From a virus (taxonomy: Duplodnaviria > Caudoviricetes), in the IMG/VR virus record IMGVR_UViG_3300006201_000013, positions 6,905 to 70,904 of that record: a stretch of DNA of 64,000 bases; one strand, 5' to 3'. How positions within the stretch are numbered: the first letter of the stretch is position 1; each line of letters begins with the position of its first letter. Positions 53,960 to 64,000 of the stretch are shown piece by piece. Under the pieces are notes generated by a model. The model was not told where the DNA came from. It did no database searches and worked only from the letters and a program-made list of their open reading frames with translations. Position numbers and translations under genes: made by a program.

Positions 53960-56900
53960 TTATCGTTTGATGTTGAGCTGGTCAAGCAGCTCGTTGGCCT
54001 GCTGCCGGGTGATGGCACGGTGCTTCTCCACGGTCTCCTCATTGGTGCCGGTGATATAGGTGTCACCGAACTCAATACGAATCTCGTGGTTGTCAGAGAT
54101 GTTGGCCGGAACATCGGCCTTTGCATCTGTCAAGCCGCCAGTGCCCGCCAGAGTCTGCCGCATATCTGTGGACTTCATCAGTTCCGCGAACTTATCCGAC
54201 AGCGTAGTGGCAAACTCGACCAGCCGGTACAACCCCTTCTCCTTCTGCTCATCCAGCACAGCTTCGCCCTTTTCGAGCACTGCCATGATTTCATTCTGCT
54301 TTAGGGTGGGGTTATCGCCAGCAATACCGCCCTTGTGGTAGATGTACTTGCGGTACTTATCGTAGAGCAGTTGACTGGAACCGTCCATATACCAAGTGCC
54401 GTTGTCACGGTGGGTCTTGACGCCATACTGGGAAAGCATCGTGCCGAGCTGCAAGTTACGGTTATCAAGCCATTTCTTGCGCTCCTGGGTGGCTGTGTGA
54501 TGCTCTTGGCTGTTGGCGTACATCTCCTTGATAATGGCGTGGATAGAGTCCTCACTGGAGCTGGAGCTGTGATTGCCGGTGGTGCCGACGACCCTGTTGT
54601 TGGTGGTTCCGCCCGTGCTGGTAGTGCCACCACTGGTGGAGGCTGCGATATCAGCGTCGATGTTGTTGAGTGCGGAGACGTAGCTGCCATACCGCTGTGC
54701 AGCAGCTAAACAATTTTCCCATGCAGTAGTGATTTCAGAGTTGAGCACAGAACCATATTCTGTGTTCCATGCAATCAGCTCGTCATACAGCGTGTTCCAA
54801 TGCTCCTCAATATAGGCAATGGCCATATCATACAACTTCTGATAGCTACTGATGGTCTCCTCCAAAGCCTTAATCTCGGCGTCTTTCTCGTTCTCATATG
54901 CCGTCTGCATATCGTCAAGCGCTTCCTTCTGCGCATCAACGGCGTAATCAGACTGGTCGTCGGCAAGCTCCTTCTGAAGCTCTGCCATCTCTTCCTCCAA
55001 CTTGATTTTCTTCGCCTGCGCATCACGGCTGTCATCCAGGGAGAGTGCATTGATTTGCTCCTGGAGCTTGGCGATTTGCTTCACCTTATCTGCAACCTTA
55101 TCCTCGTACTCAGCCTCCTTCTTGGCGGCGTCGAGAGCCTCTTTACGAAGGTCGATGATATCGGCATAGGCATCTTTCAGCCCCTCAAGTGCGTCAATCT
55201 GCTGCTGAATACGATGTTTCAGCATATCCATAACATACTTGAGAATGTCATCCAGACCGGCCTTCATATTCTCAAGTTCTTTCTTGAGGTTCTCGCTATA
55301 CTCACCGGATACCTTGCCGATACCGGCCACCGTGGTATTTGCCAAATCCTCAATAGCCTGAATGTTGTGGAGTGCCGCCGCATACTGGCTGTCGTTCAAG
55401 TCGCCCATACTGTGCATAAGCTCCAGCTCCGCATAGGCAAGGCCGAATGTGGCGTCTGTAGCTTTGGTGGTTGCAAACAGCAGAGTGTCGAGGTTCTCGA
55501 TAGCCCCCTCCTGAAGAGCGAGCCGGATGCGCTCCACATAGGTCAGGGCCTGCTCTGCGGCCAGTTGCCGAACCTTGGCCTCAATGACCCGGTTGATACT
55601 CTCTTCGTTGATGACCAACAAACCATTTTCATCTCGGAGGTACTGCATATACTGCGGGCCGAGCTCGATAATTTTCTGGAATGCGTCAACGGAAATAAAG
55701 CCGCCGTTGTCAGCAAACTCATCGGCGGCAGCCTTCAGCACATCAAAGACATTCTGAATCTCATCGACGGCATCGCTCGCCGTGGTGACCAGGTCTTTCA
55801 GATAGTCAATGACATTCTGTTTTGCCTTCTGAATCTCGGCGTTGAAATCCCGCAGAGAGTCTGCCCCCTCCTGATTGGCGGTGTTCAGGTCATCCAACGT
55901 ATTGATGAGGTCTTCGGTACTCTCACGCAGCTCATTGGTCTGCTCCTGCGTATCGCCCTCAAGCTCGTTGAGGTGCTCCATGTTGCGCACCATGAACTCA
56001 TTGGTCTCAGAGTTGTAGTCAATCTCAAAACCAAGTGCCTCCAGCTCCTTGATGCCATTGCGGATGGTGTCGCTCCTCAAGGAATTCAGCACTTCAAGGG
56101 CGTCGATTTCGTCACGGTACACATTGATGAGCTGCTGGGTCAAAGCAATCTTTTCCCGTTCAGACCCGGCATTTTCGATGCCGAACTGCAAGGAACTCAG
56201 CCGAATCTGAATTGCCTCCAGCCGCTTTAGCGCCTCGTAGTAAGCATCAATATCGGCAAGATACTCCTCAAGCTCGTCCTTGTCCTCATCGCTCGTCTTC
56301 CCATTCTTTGAGGACGAACCGCTTCCACCATAGAGAGATTTCAGGTCGAGACCCTTCATCTTCTCCAGGTTACTGATGATTGTCTGGTTGGCGGTTATCT
56401 GGTCTGTGAGCGTCTGGACTCTCTTTTCGATGTTGTCCTTGTATTCTGCAGACCAGTCGTCAACCGACTTCCCGTCAATGGTGTAGTCGCCCTCAATCTG
56501 CGTCTCAATCGTTACATTCCCGACAGACACTTGCCCAAGGTTCTGGATGCCGTCGGTCAGGCCGACAAAGCTGGTGTCGCCCGCGAGTGCCTTACCAATA
56601 TTGGTTCCAATATTAGACAGCAGCGTTTTCAGAGAACTTCCTGCCCAGCTTTTGAGTTTTGTCAGATACTGCGGGAAGGTCTTCAGCGCCCCGGTCAGAC
56701 CATCGGAGTGACCCTCGATAATCATATCACCGAGCGCTCCCCAAATTGGCTTAGAGGAATCGACCTCATCACCCTGCTGCTCCAGCATCTTCCCAAGCAT
56801 TTCCTCGTTGACATCCAGTACCCCATCGCTGTATGTCACGAAGTTCTGTCCTTCAAGGTCATGCAACTCATTCAAAAGGCGCTGATATGCAGCCTCAGAG

Positions 56901-59900
56901 TCCAGCTTGCCATTGGCCTGAAGGTCTGCAATCTCCACGACCTTGTTCTTCTTCTCGTTCTCCAGCTCAATTTGTTTTTGGATAAGCTCATTGGTTGCGG
57001 TAAGCTCCGCAATTTTCGTGTCAATAAGCGCATCATATTCGGCCTCGTAGGAGCCGAGAACAGAGTTGAGAAGTTCCTGCTGATTGGAGATAGATGTGTC
57101 TGTGAAAAGGTCGGACGCTTTCAGGAGGTCTGGGTACTTCATGGCGAGCTTCGCCAGCTCCGCAACAGTCAGTGCCGTGCCGGACTGCAGCGTGTTCATA
57201 GCGCTTGCCACATCAGATACGCCGCTTTCAATGTCGCTCAGCCCATCGACTACGGAAGAGAAGTCCCAAACGTTAATCGTCTTAGACCAGTCAACATTGA
57301 GGTACTCCAGTTTCTCCTGAAGCTCCTCAAAGGTCATGCTGTTCTTGCTCGCAGAAATATTGTAATAAATCTGCAAGACCTCGCTGATAGAGAGATTGCT
57401 GACCTCGTCATCGAATTCGTCCTGCAACAAATTCTTTGCGTGCTGAACAGCTTTCTCAATATCATTGTTCAGAGTTGTGGAGTCCTCGTCAATACCGAGG
57501 GATGTGCGGATATAGAGCTGTAAATCCTCGTCCTCCACATCGTCAATCGCATCAAGAAGCTCCTCGACTTTGCGCCGGTACTCCTCGACAGACAGCTCGC
57601 TGCCGTCAACATCCAAGCCAAGCTGAAGGGAGAAACCTGTATCAACAAGCTCCTGGATTTCTGGCGTGAATTTCTCGACAAATTCGTTGATTTCAACCTT
57701 AATTCGGTTGATTGCGTCTTCGTCAATAACCTTTCCGCCAAACCACCCAGCCTTTGTGATGTCATCCACCCCAAAGGAGTTGACAAAATTGGAAATGATT
57801 TCCCTCGCATTGGAACTGAGGTCTGCGTACTGCTGGTTGCTCTCGGCCACAAGTTTCAGTTGGTCGGCGATATCCTTGTTGGCCTGGGCAAGCTCACTCT
57901 GAACATCGGAGTATTCGCTGGCGGCGCTTTTGACCTCCTCAACCGCATTTACAAAGTCATCGCTGGATTCAAATCCGGCGGCTTCAAAGTCAATACGGGG
58001 AAGAATCAGGCTGCGGCTGCTTCCGATATCTTCGGCAATCTGGTCGATATAGTCGTCAAAGAACCAGCCCGACTGCCAATATCCATGCTCGTTGAAATAC
58101 TTCTCCAGCTCCTTATCGACGTTCTCAACGCCAAGCGCCTCCATGATTTGCCGCGCCAGGAACTCGCCGCTCTCCATCTCTTTTGGGATATCCTTGCGCT
58201 CATTCACATTGAACAGCCTGTAAATGGCATTCGTCAAAGAGGTCTCTGTCTTGAGGGCATCTCCAAACTCCAGGTCAGAGTAGGTAGCGACCGACCCGGC
58301 AACGGCGGTGGAAATATTGGAGGTCGTTGTCATGCGGCGCAGTTCGTTCCGATACTCCTGCTCCTGCAGTTCAATGGCCCGCTCCAGCAGGCTGTTCTTG
58401 TCTACGAGGTAGCCGTTCTCCTTGTCGTACCCCTCAATGAGTTCTGGCGAGATGCCGACAATCTGTTCGATAATCTCCTTATATCGCTCATAGTCGTTGG
58501 CTGACAGAGAGACATTACGGCCATATCGGTCAACCCCATCTGCCAAACGGACAAACTCCTCAGACAGTCCTTGCAGAGTCGTGATGTTGTCCTCGGCCTG
58601 TTCTTTGACAGCCCGGAAGGACTCTTTGAGCTCGTTGGAACTCTCAATCAGCTCTTCAGTCGATTTGTGAAGATTACAATAAACAGCTACTGCACCTGCA
58701 ATAGCGGCAGCGGCAAGAACAAATACACCCATAGCTACCTGCGCAGAGGTCGCCGCAATACCGGCGGCGTTTAATGCTGTGGTGAGTCTACCGATAACCG
58801 TTGTGGATTGCCCATATACAGCGATTGCAGTAGTTGTGCTGGATGCCGAAGCCTTCATCATGGCGGAGAAAATCTGGACTGCAGAAATCAGCTTTGGGAA
58901 TATACCAACCAATCCAGTGATAATCCCCTGAACTTTTGCGATTGCTCCGAAGATGGCCCCGCGAATTGCATCAGCCTTGATGATAGCGATAATGGCCGCT
59001 GTCTTCACCAAGACTCCATTCAGACCACCCAACACATCGGTCAAACGCATCAGTGTTTCCAAAACACCCAAGATGCCAGTTCCAAAGTCAATGATTCCGT
59101 TCAGGAAATCAGAAGAGAATGTTGTCTGGCTCAGACTCTGGAAGGCCGCTTTGAACTGATTGATGTGCGCGGTAACGCTATCTATATATGTTGCATAGGA
59201 CTCCTGGAGGGTGCCTGCGCTGTTAGCCATATCCTCCATGGCCCCAGATGCTTCCTGGAACTGCTCCACCATAGAGAAAAACACAGACTGCTGGCGTACA
59301 CCGGCGATGGCGTTAGCCAAAGCGGCCTGTTCCATGGTGTTCAGGTCGTTCCAAATGGCGGCAATATCGGCGACGATATCATATGTACTTCTGAACTCTC
59401 CGTTAATATCAGTCAGAGCGACGTGATACTTCGTCAATGCCGCAACAAGCTCGCCATATTGTGCCTCAGTCATAGATTCGCCGAGTTCGTCAAGCTCAGT
59501 TGTTGTGCTGCGCAGACGGGCGGCAATCGTCCTCAAACCTGTGGAAGACTTTGATGCGTTCTGAATGGTAGTGTTTGCCGCTGTCAGCAAGGCCACAGAC
59601 TGGTCGAATGTATTGCCAGCAGCAGCCAAAGCAGAAGATGCGTTGTTCATGCCCTCAGCAATCTGGGACACGGAAATGGGGAAATTGTTACCCGTGATGA
59701 CCAGCTTGTCCATAATGGATTCAATCTCGTCAACACTTACTCCAAACGCTTTGACGATAGCTGTGATAGCGTCCTGCGCATCGGACACATCAATATCGCC
59801 GACGTTCTGCAGCATAGCCGTAAATTCTGCGAGAGCGGTTGATTCTTCAAGAGAGTAGCCCAAACGGGCAAATGTCGTTGTGGAGTCAACCAGGTCTGGA

Positions 59901-61177
59901 ACCGCCGAGCCAATCTTGGTAGCAATCTGAGTAATCTTTCCCAGATATTCCTCATAGGCTTTCGATGTGTCACGGGTGACAATCTTGAGCTGGGTCATTG
60001 CATCGTCCAGCTCGATGGTTGCAGACACCATCCGCCGGATAGACCGAACGCCAAGCATAATAACCTGAGACACGCTGAGCCATGCGCTGAACTTCTGCGC
60101 AAGACTTCCCAGGCGGGCGCTCAGGGTTCTCATGTTTTCGCCCGTGCCCTTGATTGCGTTCGAGTTTGCAGAGAAAGAAGCCTGAAGCTCACTCAACCTC
60201 TTGCGGAACTCCTCTACTGAAATCTTGTTACTCTCAAGCTGATGCTTCAGCTCCTTCAGGCTTGCAATATCGGACTGAATACTCGCATAATTCTTGCTGG
60301 ACGAGCCAGTCTGTGCGGCAGCCCAATCTCGTTCCGCTTTTTCCATTTGAGTAAGAAGCGTAAGTCCCGCTCTCAAAGCGGAATTCTTTTGCTCCTGAGA
60401 GGCTGTCGCCTTATTATCTGCGCTAACCTTCCTACGCTCGGTTTCCTCTGCCGTTCGAGCTGCGGCCTCCCTTGTGGCACGTTCTGTATTGATGCGGTCA
60501 ATGTTGGTTAGGATAGCAGCACCTTCGGCTTCGATTGCAGCCCTCTGGTCGGTCGGAATGGCCTTTTTGGCCGCCCGTACCTTCTCAATTTCGATTGCCC
60601 ACTTCTCATAACGGGCAGCAATCTCAGCAACCTGGGCCTTTTCCTCTTCGGTTGTGGCGCTCTTGCCCAGCGCATCAATCGACTTCTTAACGGTGTTCTT
60701 TTGACCGCCAAGAGCCTCCATCTGAACCTTGAATTCGGCAATCTTTCTCGACGCTTCGTCAGCGTCAGTGCCGGTCTTTTTGATTGCGTCTTGTGCGTCT
60801 TTGAGCTTGCTCTTAATTTCGCCGATTCCGGCAGCGGAAATTGTAATTTGCGTCCCTGTTGAGAGCCCAACCGTGTTGACGACGGCAGCCAACTGTTTCT
60901 TGAAGTCACTAACAGCGGCGGGGCTCAGCTTGAGGGTAGATATCTGCGCAGAGAACTTGCCGCTTGCGCTAATCTGGTCCAACTTCTGTTGAAGCTGGCC
61001 GCTCCAAGACCTTCCCCCTCCAGATGCAGTGTCGATTCCAACCTTGACCTTGAGTGGAGTCTTGTTCAGCTCGGCCATAATCTGTGTAAGCTGAGTCTGA
61101 ATCAGCTTTCCGCTGTCTCCGCTCAGAGAGCCTTCGCCCAATACACCAAACAGAAGGGAAATATCTGCATTCGCCAT
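53960..61177 (-). CDS. Tape measure protein (2405 aa)
   Basis: Very long helical Ala/Leu/Glu-rich ORF; TP901-type core ELDDAMTQLKIVT...FARLGY...SKSSTGLRTI. Confidence 0.93.
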   Translation of the reverse strand: MANADISLLFGVLGEGSLSGDSGKLIQTQLTQIMAELNKTPLKVKVGIDTASGGGRSWSGQLQQKLDQISASGKFSAQISTLKLSPAAVSDFKKQLAAVVNTVGLSTGTQITISAAGIGEIKSKLKDAQDAIKKTGTDADEASRKIAEFKVQMEALGGQKNTVKKSIDALGKSATTEEEKAQVAEIAARYEKWAIEIEKVRAAKKAIPTDQRAAIEAEGAAILTNIDRINTERATREAAARTAEETERRKVSADNKATASQEQKNSALRAGLTLLTQMEKAERDWAAAQTGSSSKNYASIQSDIASLKELKHQLESNKISVEEFRKRLSELQASFSANSNAIKGTGENMRTLSARLGSLAQKFSAWLSVSQVIMLGVRSIRRMVSATIELDDAMTQLKIVTRDTSKAYEEYLGKITQIATKIGSAVPDLVDSTTTFARLGYSLEESTALAEFTAMLQNVGDIDVSDAQDAITAIVKAFGVSVDEIESIMDKLVITGNNFPISVSQIAEGMNNASSALAAAGNTFDQSVALLTAANTTIQNASKSSTGLRTIAARLRSTTTELDELGESMTEAQYGELVAALTKYHVALTDINGEFRSTYDIVADIAAIWNDLNTMEQAALANAIAGVRQQSVFFSMVEQFQEASGAMEDMANSAGTLQESYATYIDSVTAHINQFKAAFQSLSQTTFSSDFLNGIIDFGTGILGVLETLMRLTDVLGGLNGVLVKTAAIIAIIKADAIRGAIFGAIAKVQGIITGLVGIFPKLISAVQIFSAMMKASASSTTTAIAVYGQSTTVIGRLTTALNAAGIAATSAQVAMGVFVLAAAAIAGAVAVYCNLHKSTEELIESSNELKESFRAVKEQAEDNITTLQGLSEEFVRLADGVDRYGRNVSLSANDYERYKEIIEQIVGISPELIEGYDKENGYLVDKNSLLERAIELQEQEYRNELRRMTTTSNISTAVAGSVATYSDLEFGDALKTETSLTNAIYRLFNVNERKDIPKEMESGEFLARQIMEALGVENVDKELEKYFNEHGYWQSGWFFDDYIDQIAEDIGSSRSLILPRIDFEAAGFESSDDFVNAVEEVKSAASEYSDVQSELAQANKDIADQLKLVAESNQQYADLSSNAREIISNFVNSFGVDDITKAGWFGGKVIDEDAINRIKVEINEFVEKFTPEIQELVDTGFSLQLGLDVDGSELSVEEYRRKVEELLDAIDDVEDEDLQLYIRTSLGIDEDSTTLNNDIEKAVQHAKNLLQDEFDDEVSNLSISEVLQIYYNISASKNSMTFEELQEKLEYLNVDWSKTINVWDFSSVVDGLSDIESGVSDVASAMNTLQSGTALTVAELAKLAMKYPDLLKASDLFTDTSISNQQELLNSVLGSYEAEYDALIDTKIAELTATNELIQKQIELENEKKNKVVEIADLQANGKLDSEAAYQRLLNELHDLEGQNFVTYSDGVLDVNEEMLGKMLEQQGDEVDSSKPIWGALGDMIIEGHSDGLTGALKTFPQYLTKLKSWAGSSLKTLLSNIGTNIGKALAGDTSFVGLTDGIQNLGQVSVGNVTIETQIEGDYTIDGKSVDDWSAEYKDNIEKRVQTLTDQITANQTIISNLEKMKGLDLKSLYGGSGSSSKNGKTSDEDKDELEEYLADIDAYYEALKRLEAIQIRLSSLQFGIENAGSEREKIALTQQLINVYRDEIDALEVLNSLRSDTIRNGIKELEALGFEIDYNSETNEFMVRNMEHLNELEGDTQEQTNELRESTEDLINTLDDLNTANQEGADSLRDFNAEIQKAKQNVIDYLKDLVTTASDAVDEIQNVFDVLKAAADEFADNGGFISVDAFQKIIELGPQYMQYLRDENGLLVINEESINRVIEAKVRQLAAEQALTYVERIRLALQEGAIENLDTLLFATTKATDATFGLAYAELELMHSMGDLNDSQYAAALHNIQAIEDLANTTVAGIGKVSGEYSENLKKELENMKAGLDDILKYVMDMLKHRIQQQIDALEGLKDAYADIIDLRKEALDAAKKEAEYEDKVADKVKQIAKLQEQINALSLDDSRDAQAKKIKLEEEMAELQKELADDQSDYAVDAQKEALDDMQTAYENEKDAEIKALEETISSYQKLYDMAIAYIEEHWNTLYDELIAWNTEYGSVLNSEITTAWENCLAAAQRYGSYVSALNNIDADIAASTSGGTTSTGGTTNNRVVGTTGNHSSSSSEDSIHAIIKEMYANSQEHHTATQERKKWLDNRNLQLGTMLSQYGVKTHRDNGTWYMDGSSQLLYDKYRKYIYHKGGIAGDNPTLKQNEIMAVLEKGEAVLDEQKEKGLYRLVEFATTLSDKFAELMKSTDMRQTLAGTGGLTDAKADVPANISDNHEIRIEFGDTYITGTNEETVEKHRAITRQQANELLDQLNIKR

Positions 61178-61205
61178 CGTTTCTCACCGTCCTTTAAGTT
61201 GAAGA

Positions 61206-61232
61206 AAAGGCTTGGCACAAAGCCAAGCCTTT
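61206..61232. terminator. Perfect 11-bp hairpin, probable bidirectional terminator
   Basis: AAAGGCTTGGC-ACAAA-GCCAAGCCTTT with T-rich tails on both strands. Confidence 0.7.
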
Positions 61233-61250
61233 CATTTTTGTGTTATTGTA

Positions 61251-61279
61251 TTGAATCCACAATCCGTTTCTGCTAATAT
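61251..61279 (+). promoter_or_regulatory. Promoter of the antisense moron
   Basis: TTGAAT-17 nt-TAATAT with an extended TG. Confidence 0.55.
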
Positions 61280-61319
61280 CTGTATGAACACCAATAATCA
61301 CACCCAAGGAGGATATAAG

Positions 61320-61673
61320 ATGGCATTATTCAACTGTCCAAACTGCGGTAAGGAAATCAGCGATAGGGGTGCGATATGTCCGTACTGCAGAAATTGGATT
61401 GACACCGAAGCCTACCGTCAAATAAGTTCACAGAAAAAGCAGGAGTTGATGGAAGAGGGAGAGCGGGAATATAGACAGACCGCCGAATACAAGCGCCAAA
61501 AACAGAAGGAGGAAAAACTTGCAAAGCTCCCGCCGTGCCCGCTCTGTGGCTCCAAAGAAAACGTAAAGCGGATTGGAACGCTTAATAGGGCTGTATCTGT
61601 ATGTGCTTGGGGACTGGCGTCTTCCAAAATCGGGAAGGCATACGAATGCACATCCTGTAAGCACCGCTGGTAA
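61320..61673 (+). CDS. Double zinc-ribbon protein (moron inserted against the tail operon)
   Basis: CPNC..CPYC and CPLC..CTSC; AAGGAGG RBS. Confidence 0.8.
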   Translation: MALFNCPNCGKEISDRGAICPYCRNWIDTEAYRQISSQKKQELMEEGEREYRQTAEYKRQKQKEEKLAKLPPCPLCGSKENVKRIGTLNRAVSVCAWGLASSKIGKAYECTSCKHRW

Positions 61674-61688
61674 CTTTCCCGGACAGAC

Positions 61689-62324
61689 TTATTGGTATAT
61701 TGCCCCCTCAGTAGCAGTCACGCCATACACTGCACCATAGCTTGTGTTGAAATCCATGACGGCCTGCTGGATAAAATGCAAAGCCTCTCGTTCTTTTTTG
61801 CTTCGTGTCCATGCGAAATCATTGTCATATCCGCTTCTGAGGACACCATCTCCAGTAGCATGATGCCCGTTCCACCAGCCATATGTATAGTCTTTTGCGT
61901 TAGCGCCATTGTTGAAGAGGGCGATAATATTGTTGATACCTTCGCCAGTGTATCCGCCGAATTTCCCTCCGTAATAGTCCGAACCATCTTCCAGAGAATC
62001 ACGGTGTAGGTCATCCTCAAAATATATATATATGACCGTAGCGCCGTCGTTCAGCTTAACTGGAGCGGAACATTTCAGGCTGTCAAAATGCTTCATAACA
62101 GACTCTGGAAGGTTGTAGCTGGCGGCAGTGGTCTTCATCATATGGATGAGTTTCGACGCCGCCTCCAACATCATCTTTTCGGTTATCAGCTTGTCCCCGG
62201 CTCCCGTAGAAGTCCGACCTTCCTTTTCGTACTTTTCAAGGCACGCCTTCATACGTCTTTTCCCCTCCGGGGACTCGCTGAATGCCTTTGCTTTACTCAT
62301 GATGGAACTCATGTTGATATTCAT
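61689..62324 (-). CDS. Tail-module hypothetical protein
   Basis: Start overlaps the upstream stop; RDSL motif. Confidence 0.7.
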   Translation of the reverse strand: MNINMSSIMSKAKAFSESPEGKRRMKACLEKYEKEGRTSTGAGDKLITEKMMLEAASKLIHMMKTTAASYNLPESVMKHFDSLKCSAPVKLNDGATVIYIYFEDDLHRDSLEDGSDYYGGKFGGYTGEGINNIIALFNNGANAKDYTYGWWNGHHATGDGVLRSGYDNDFAWTRSKKEREALHFIQQAVMDFNTSYGAVYGVTATEGAIYQ

Positions 62325-62971
62325 GTAGCGTCCGATTCCTTTGTCACAGGCCCGTCATGTCCAGCCGCAGCGGCTTCTTCAGCAACCCGCTCAGCCGTCT
62401 TCTGCTCCAGATACGCTTCGACAATCTTCTTTTCATCCAGGCCATGCTCGGTGATGGCGCTCATCAGAGCGGCCAGGTCGTTCTGAGAAAGCCCACCAAA
62501 GACATCTTTGGTGCTGTTGCTCATCTCTTCCATGGTCTCCAGAACAGCGTTAATGCGCTCCTGAATCAGATTCGCCTTGCTGTCGCAAAGGAACCGAATC
62601 TTGTCGTTGATGGAGTTGACGATTTCCTGCAACTGGGTGGTGTCGATGACGGCGCAGACAGCATCCACCGCATCCGTACCATAGACCATCTGGTAGCGGT
62701 GCTCCAGGTTATCCGGCACAGAGAAGTTGGCGTAACGGGTCAGGATGTTACTCTTGATGGCGAAGTCTTTGACCTCCGGCATATATCCCAACTCATCGTG
62801 GAAGCAACTGCCGACAACCTCGTCAACAAAGCTCAGCATCTCCTTGAGAGAGAGGGTTCGTTTCACACGCACCTCAGCCTCATGCCACTGAATGGTGGCC
62901 TCATTCTGAAAATGCTCCTTCGCAATCTTGTCGAACAGAGCGATAGATACTTTCTTTTCGGTCTTTGCCAT
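62321..62971 (-). CDS. Putative tail assembly chaperone
   Basis: Position between the tail tube and tape measure; helical acidic protein. Confidence 0.5.
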   Translation of the reverse strand: MAKTEKKVSIALFDKIAKEHFQNEATIQWHEAEVRVKRTLSLKEMLSFVDEVVGSCFHDELGYMPEVKDFAIKSNILTRYANFSVPDNLEHRYQMVYGTDAVDAVCAVIDTTQLQEIVNSINDKIRFLCDSKANLIQERINAVLETMEEMSNSTKDVFGGLSQNDLAALMSAITEHGLDEKKIVEAYLEQKTAERVAEEAAAAGHDGPVTKESDAT

Positions 62972-63428
62972 TTGTGATATCCTCCTTTTTGTCCTGTTTG
63001 ATGTAGACATCAATTACTGTTCGTGGATGTTTAGTATCAACAAAGCATCGCATAGTCAGTTTGGAAATATGCTCACTGTCGTCGTCTACAATGAATCCAC
63101 TCTCGACCAATCCATCCAGAATGAACTTGGGGCAGCTATTATCCACGTCATGCCTGCGATGGTTCGGATAGTATGTAGAAAAACTCAAGTCGCATTTTTC
63201 AATGCGTAGGTTAGAATAACCTTGGTTGTCAACGAACCAAACGATGAAGTCTTTCCACCTCTGCTTCAACGCATTCATAGGGGCCCTTTTCATAATCATC
63301 CAAACATTGATAGACTCATGATAGGGTCGTGCTATCGGTTTCTTCTTTGCTCTTGTGTGAATAGAAAAGTAATGCTTCTCATACTCCTCCAGAGTGCGGT
63401 CATCTATGACCATTCTGATACGCTGCAT
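62901..63428 (-). CDS. rusA: RusA-like Holliday junction resolvase
   Basis: RRHDVDNSCPKFILDGLVESGFIVDDD. Confidence 0.75.
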   Translation of the reverse strand: MQRIRMVIDDRTLEEYEKHYFSIHTRAKKKPIARPYHESINVWMIMKRAPMNALKQRWKDFIVWFVDNQGYSNLRIEKCDLSFSTYYPNHRRHDVDNSCPKFILDGLVESGFIVDDDSEHISKLTMRCFVDTKHPRTVIDVYIKQDKKEDITNGKDRKESIYRSVRQDCEGAFSE

Positions 63429-63481
63429 ATACACCTCCGAAAGGAAACGGGGAGGGCGGACTACTCCACCCTCCCACTTGG

Positions 63482-63787
63482 TTACTCGTTTTCCACAGGC
63501 GTTTCGGCAGGTGCCTCAGCCGGAGCCTGATTTTCGGGCTCAGCCACCGGCTCATCTGCCGGTTTGGCCGCCTCCACTGCGGGAGCCGCCCTGCGTCTTG
63601 CCTTACCGGCCTTAGACACAGGAGGGGCAGGATTGCGGGCCTCTGTCACTTGGCGCAGATACTCAGCGCCGCACTCTGGAGAGCACGCAACCTCCTGCCA
63701 ACGGAATACGCCTGCGGCTTTGCTCATCGTGCGGCAGGCTGCATAGCTTTTGCCGCACACACGGCACGTCTTTACCGCAGTTGGCAT
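63482..63787 (-). CDS. Small Cys-motif protein with an Ala/Pro/Glu-rich tail
   Basis: CRVCGKSY.AC...VACSPECG. Confidence 0.7.
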   Translation of the reverse strand: MPTAVKTCRVCGKSYAACRTMSKAAGVFRWQEVACSPECGAEYLRQVTEARNPAPPVSKAGKARRRAAPAVEAAKPADEPVAEPENQAPAEAPAETPVENE

Positions 63788-63802
63788 ACTCCATTCGCCT
63801 CC

Positions 63803-64000
63803 TTACTCAACGTCCTCGGCGTTGACGCCAAAGATGGTATACGTCCACAGAGCGGTGGCGGAGCCAACCTTGCCGCAAGCGCCAGACAGGGACTCGGCCT
63901 CAAAAGCATGGACAGCCTGGTTGTCGCCCATCTCGATGGAGAAGTCGCCGTTGAAGTCGGCCTTGGGGATGTAGAACTGGATACGGAACACGTTGGCGCA
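63803..64000 (-). CDS. Major tail (tube) protein, C-terminal end (truncated by the window edge)
   Basis: Frame open to the window end; IQFYIPKADFNGDFSIEMGD..AVHAFEAESL. Confidence 0.55.
   Translation of the reverse strand, partial: CANVFRIQFYIPKADFNGDFSIEMGDNQAVHAFEAESLSGACGKVGSATALWTYTIFGVNAEDVE

Noticed and set aside
62321-62400. Programmed frameshift in the tail chaperone
   Set aside because: I saw no clear slippery heptamer near the stop; the next gene has its own overlapping ATG.

Overview
The whole window reads as part of one large temperate tailed phage of a Gram-positive (Clostridia-like) host, organised like SPbeta-type phages. No host housekeeping context is visible. Plus strand, 1-34.4 kb: an accessory region (orphan capsid-like fragment, lipoprotein, tRNA-like ncRNA, SLOG protein, 8-oxoG glycosylase, C5 methyltransferase, a ~250-nt highly base-paired element, and a phosphoesterase / cysteine desulfurase / Pol-beta nucleotidyltransferase / CCA-enzyme cluster); a lysogeny switch (CI-like repressor divergent from an orphan MazF and an integrase-derived repressor-like gene); recombination and replication genes (HD, ERF, SSB, PD-(D/E)XK, DnaB, DnaG, DnaE); nucleotide metabolism (ThyX, kinase, nucleotidase, NrdDG, CYTH, FolD, dUTPase); and a large serine recombinase with a candidate attP. 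Minus strand, 34.4-64 kb: the lysis cassette, a complete diversity-generating retroelement (RT, TR, Avd, VR in a tail-fibre gene; 19 TR/VR differences, all at TR adenines), an array of small tail-fibre genes, tail spike, Dit, tape measure, a RusA-like gene and the end of the tail-tube gene. The best candidates for something undescribed are the putative tRNA end-repair/thiolation cassette together with the tRNA-shaped RNA that carries a 90-nt insert in place of its anticodon loop, the 250-nt structured element, and the MazF-plus-recombinase-fold-repressor switch. All family assignments are from motif recognition by eye; no database search was run.
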